Shown here piece after piece: positions 62,557 to 64,000 of a stretch of 64,000 nucleotides of DNA; positions within the stretch are counted from its first letter, which is position 1, and each line of letters begins with the position of its first letter. The notes below the pieces were generated by a model. That model saw only the letters and a list, made by a program, of their open reading frames with translations. It ran no database searches and was not told the DNA's origin. Made by a program: the position numbers and the translations under genes. The DNA lies in NCBI GenBank assembly GCA_022825835.1, contig JAJDVZ010000156.1, positions 17,825 to 81,824 on the forward strand, written 5' to 3'. This DNA is from Candidatus Latescibacterota bacterium (GTDB lineage: Bacteria; Latescibacterota; UBA2968; UBA8231).

Positions 62557-62757
62557 TTTACAGCAGATCGTACGGGATGACGAGTATTTCGTCGCGGAGT
62601 TGGGATACCTCTTCTACGGGGGAGATTATGATTCTAGGGCCATTTACAAGGTAAAATGCCTTTTTCGGCTTCCGTCCACCGCGCCCGGCCCTTGCCGCCA
62701 GCGACACCATCTTTATTCTCTCACTATTCCTTTCCACAGATTGACGAAGAGGAGCAG

Positions 62758-64000
62758 ATGAAAAATCATCAGAGCTTACTTATGGCCGCGCCTATCGCGA
62801 TTGCAGCGTTTCTTTTGGCCGCGTGCCCAACATTTGGCCAAGCCCCCCATCCCAGCGACGCTTACTACGCGCTCGACCGAGTGCTCGACGTGAGCATTGA
62901 AATGGAACCCGAGGATTGGGACCGGCTGCGCGCTCAGACGCGGACGCTTGTGGATATATTCGGCGGTGCCGACTGCCTCGACAGCCCCCCGGATGATGTG
63001 TTCTCTTGGTTCGAGGCGACTGTAACTGTCGATGGCGAAACTCACACCCAAGTCGGCGTCCGCAAAAAAGGGTTCTTGGGATCGCTAAGCAAGGTGAAGC
63101 CCTCGCTCAAGGTCCGCTTTGACAAGTTCGTCGATGGGCAGGTCCTCGGCGGCGCAATGAAGCGCCTGACCTTGAACAATGTCCAGCAAGACCCGTCTAT
63201 GCTCAATACCTGCATGGCCTACCACGTCTTCGCTGCCGCTGGCCTGCCAGTGCCGCGCTGCAACTTTGCCACTGTTGCGGTAAACGGCGAAAACTTGGGC
63301 TTGTACGTCCACGTCGAGAGCATGAAAACCGCCTTTTTGGATCGCAATTTCTCCGATCCAAGCGGCAATTTGTACGAAGGCACTGTCAGCGATTTTCGTC
63401 CCAAGTGGCGCGGTACTTTGCAAAAGAAAACCAATGAGACGGAAGCGGACTGGTCGGATATCGACGCGGTTGTCGCCGCGCTGCAGGACCCTTCCCCGGC
63501 CGGTCTTGAAGCCCTTGCCGACATCATAGATATCGACCGCTTTCTCACCTTCTGGGCTGTCGAGGTGCTCATTGGGCATTGGGATGGGTACGCTGGCAAC
63601 CGCAACAACTTTTACCTCTACCGCGAGCCGGGTGCGCCGTTTGTATTCATACCTTGGGGCGCGGATCAAGTTTTTACCTCGATCGATGGCCCCTTCGACG
63701 ATTTTGTGTCGCCGCCTTCAGTGACGGCGCACGGGGCCATTGCCCATCGTTTATACCGCGACGACGCGATGAGAGCCGCCTATGTAGCCCGCGTCAAGGA
63801 ATTGCTCGACACAGTTTGGAACGAAGAAGAACTGCTCAGCCTCGCCGACGACATGGCGGCGATCGTCCAGCAGCACATACTGGACAAAAGGCAAGCCAGC
63901 GCAGCCCGCGACGCCGAGCGGATGCGCGAGTTCATCCGCGAGCGGCGAGCGGTAATTTTGGCCGATCTCGATCCAGAGCCACCCGCTTGGCCTTGGCCGC
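62758..64000 (+). CDS. CotH kinase-like family lipoprotein (3' end outside window)
   Basis: Not in the ORF track because no stop lies in the window. My translation from the ATG at 62758 (SD GAAGAGGAG) reads MKNHQSLLMAAPIAIAAFLLAAC..., VRKKGFLGS...KPSLKVRF, LNNVQQDPSMLNTCMAYHVFAAAGLPVPRCNFATVAVNGENLGLYVHVE and IGHWDGYAGNRNNFYLY...FIPWGADQVF. The frame stays open to 64000. Confidence 0.8.
   Translation, partial: MKNHQSLLMAAPIAIAAFLLAACPTFGQAPHPSDAYYALDRVLDVSIEMEPEDWDRLRAQTRTLVDIFGGADCLDSPPDDVFSWFEATVTVDGETHTQVGVRKKGFLGSLSKVKPSLKVRFDKFVDGQVLGGAMKRLTLNNVQQDPSMLNTCMAYHVFAAAGLPVPRCNFATVAVNGENLGLYVHVESMKTAFLDRNFSDPSGNLYEGTVSDFRPKWRGTLQKKTNETEADWSDIDAVVAALQDPSPAGLEALADIIDIDRFLTFWAVEVLIGHWDGYAGNRNNFYLYREPGAPFVFIPWGADQVFTSIDGPFDDFVSPPSVTAHGAIAHRLYRDDAMRAAYVARVKELLDTVWNEEELLSLADDMAAIVQQHILDKRQASAARDAERMREFIRERRAVILADLDPEPPAWPWP

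Noticed and set aside
62776-63669. Two minus-strand ORFs (91 and 194 aa)
   Set aside because: They are antisense to an open + strand frame from 62758 to the window end. That frame carries clear CotH-family motifs and is missing from the track only because it has no stop in the window.
1-64000. tRNA, rRNA, CRISPR arrays, integrase or IS transposase genes
   Set aside because: I recognised none by eye in any intergenic gap longer than 100 nt. The only transposase-related gene is the Rpn-like nuclease. A tRNAscan/Infernal run would be needed to exclude small RNAs.

Overview
GC-rich bacterial chromosomal segment. I saw no rRNA, tRNA or CRISPR array by eye. Coding density is high and about 55 genes are supportable. 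C-terminal sorting-type domains are present: NYPNPFN...MLLLK (T9SS type A-like) and FTPNGDGIND...WDG (FlgD-Ig / type B-like). These suggest an uncultured T9SS-bearing (FCB-type) lineage, but that is inference only. The window falls into three blocks. (1) 1-20.4 kb is a tightly packed, co-directional cell-envelope locus. It holds three paralogous discoidin-domain surface proteins with type-B-like C-terminal domains, two tandem ~910-aa putative outer-membrane proteins with a conserved EF-hand-like acidic block, CRTAC1/ASPIC-UnbV FG-GAP proteins, a GT39/TPR membrane protein, an MBL hydrolase and a divergent SurA-like PPIase. This is my best candidate for an undescribed system. (2) 20.5-53 kb is an accessory region. 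It holds VapBC, an aquaporin, a TonB-dependent receptor, peptidases (M55, M19, GGT) and a sugar or sugar-acid catabolic island. The island has 4 Gfo/Idh/MocA genes, 2 HpcH aldolases, an Fsa/TalC-type aldolase, PhyH, a TIM-barrel isomerase, an enolase-superfamily dehydratase and an epimerase. The region also has a ribose-type ABC transporter and a CUT1-type ABC operon. That operon is interrupted by a secreted WD40 protein and by an Rpn-like nuclease insertion bracketed by 174-bp direct repeats. (3) 53-64 kb holds an epimerase, a CBM9-like protein, a peroxiredoxin-like gene with an in-frame TGA at the CxxC position plus a downstream hairpin (candidate selenoprotein), HicBA and a second GGT. It also holds two tandem ~660-aa polytopic membrane paralogs of unknown function, an MNT/HEPN cassette bracketed by a duplicated gene 3' end, and a 3'-truncated CotH-like gene. 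Several short intergenic hairpin and repeat families recur across the window. All calls rest on motif recognition by eye; no database search was run.
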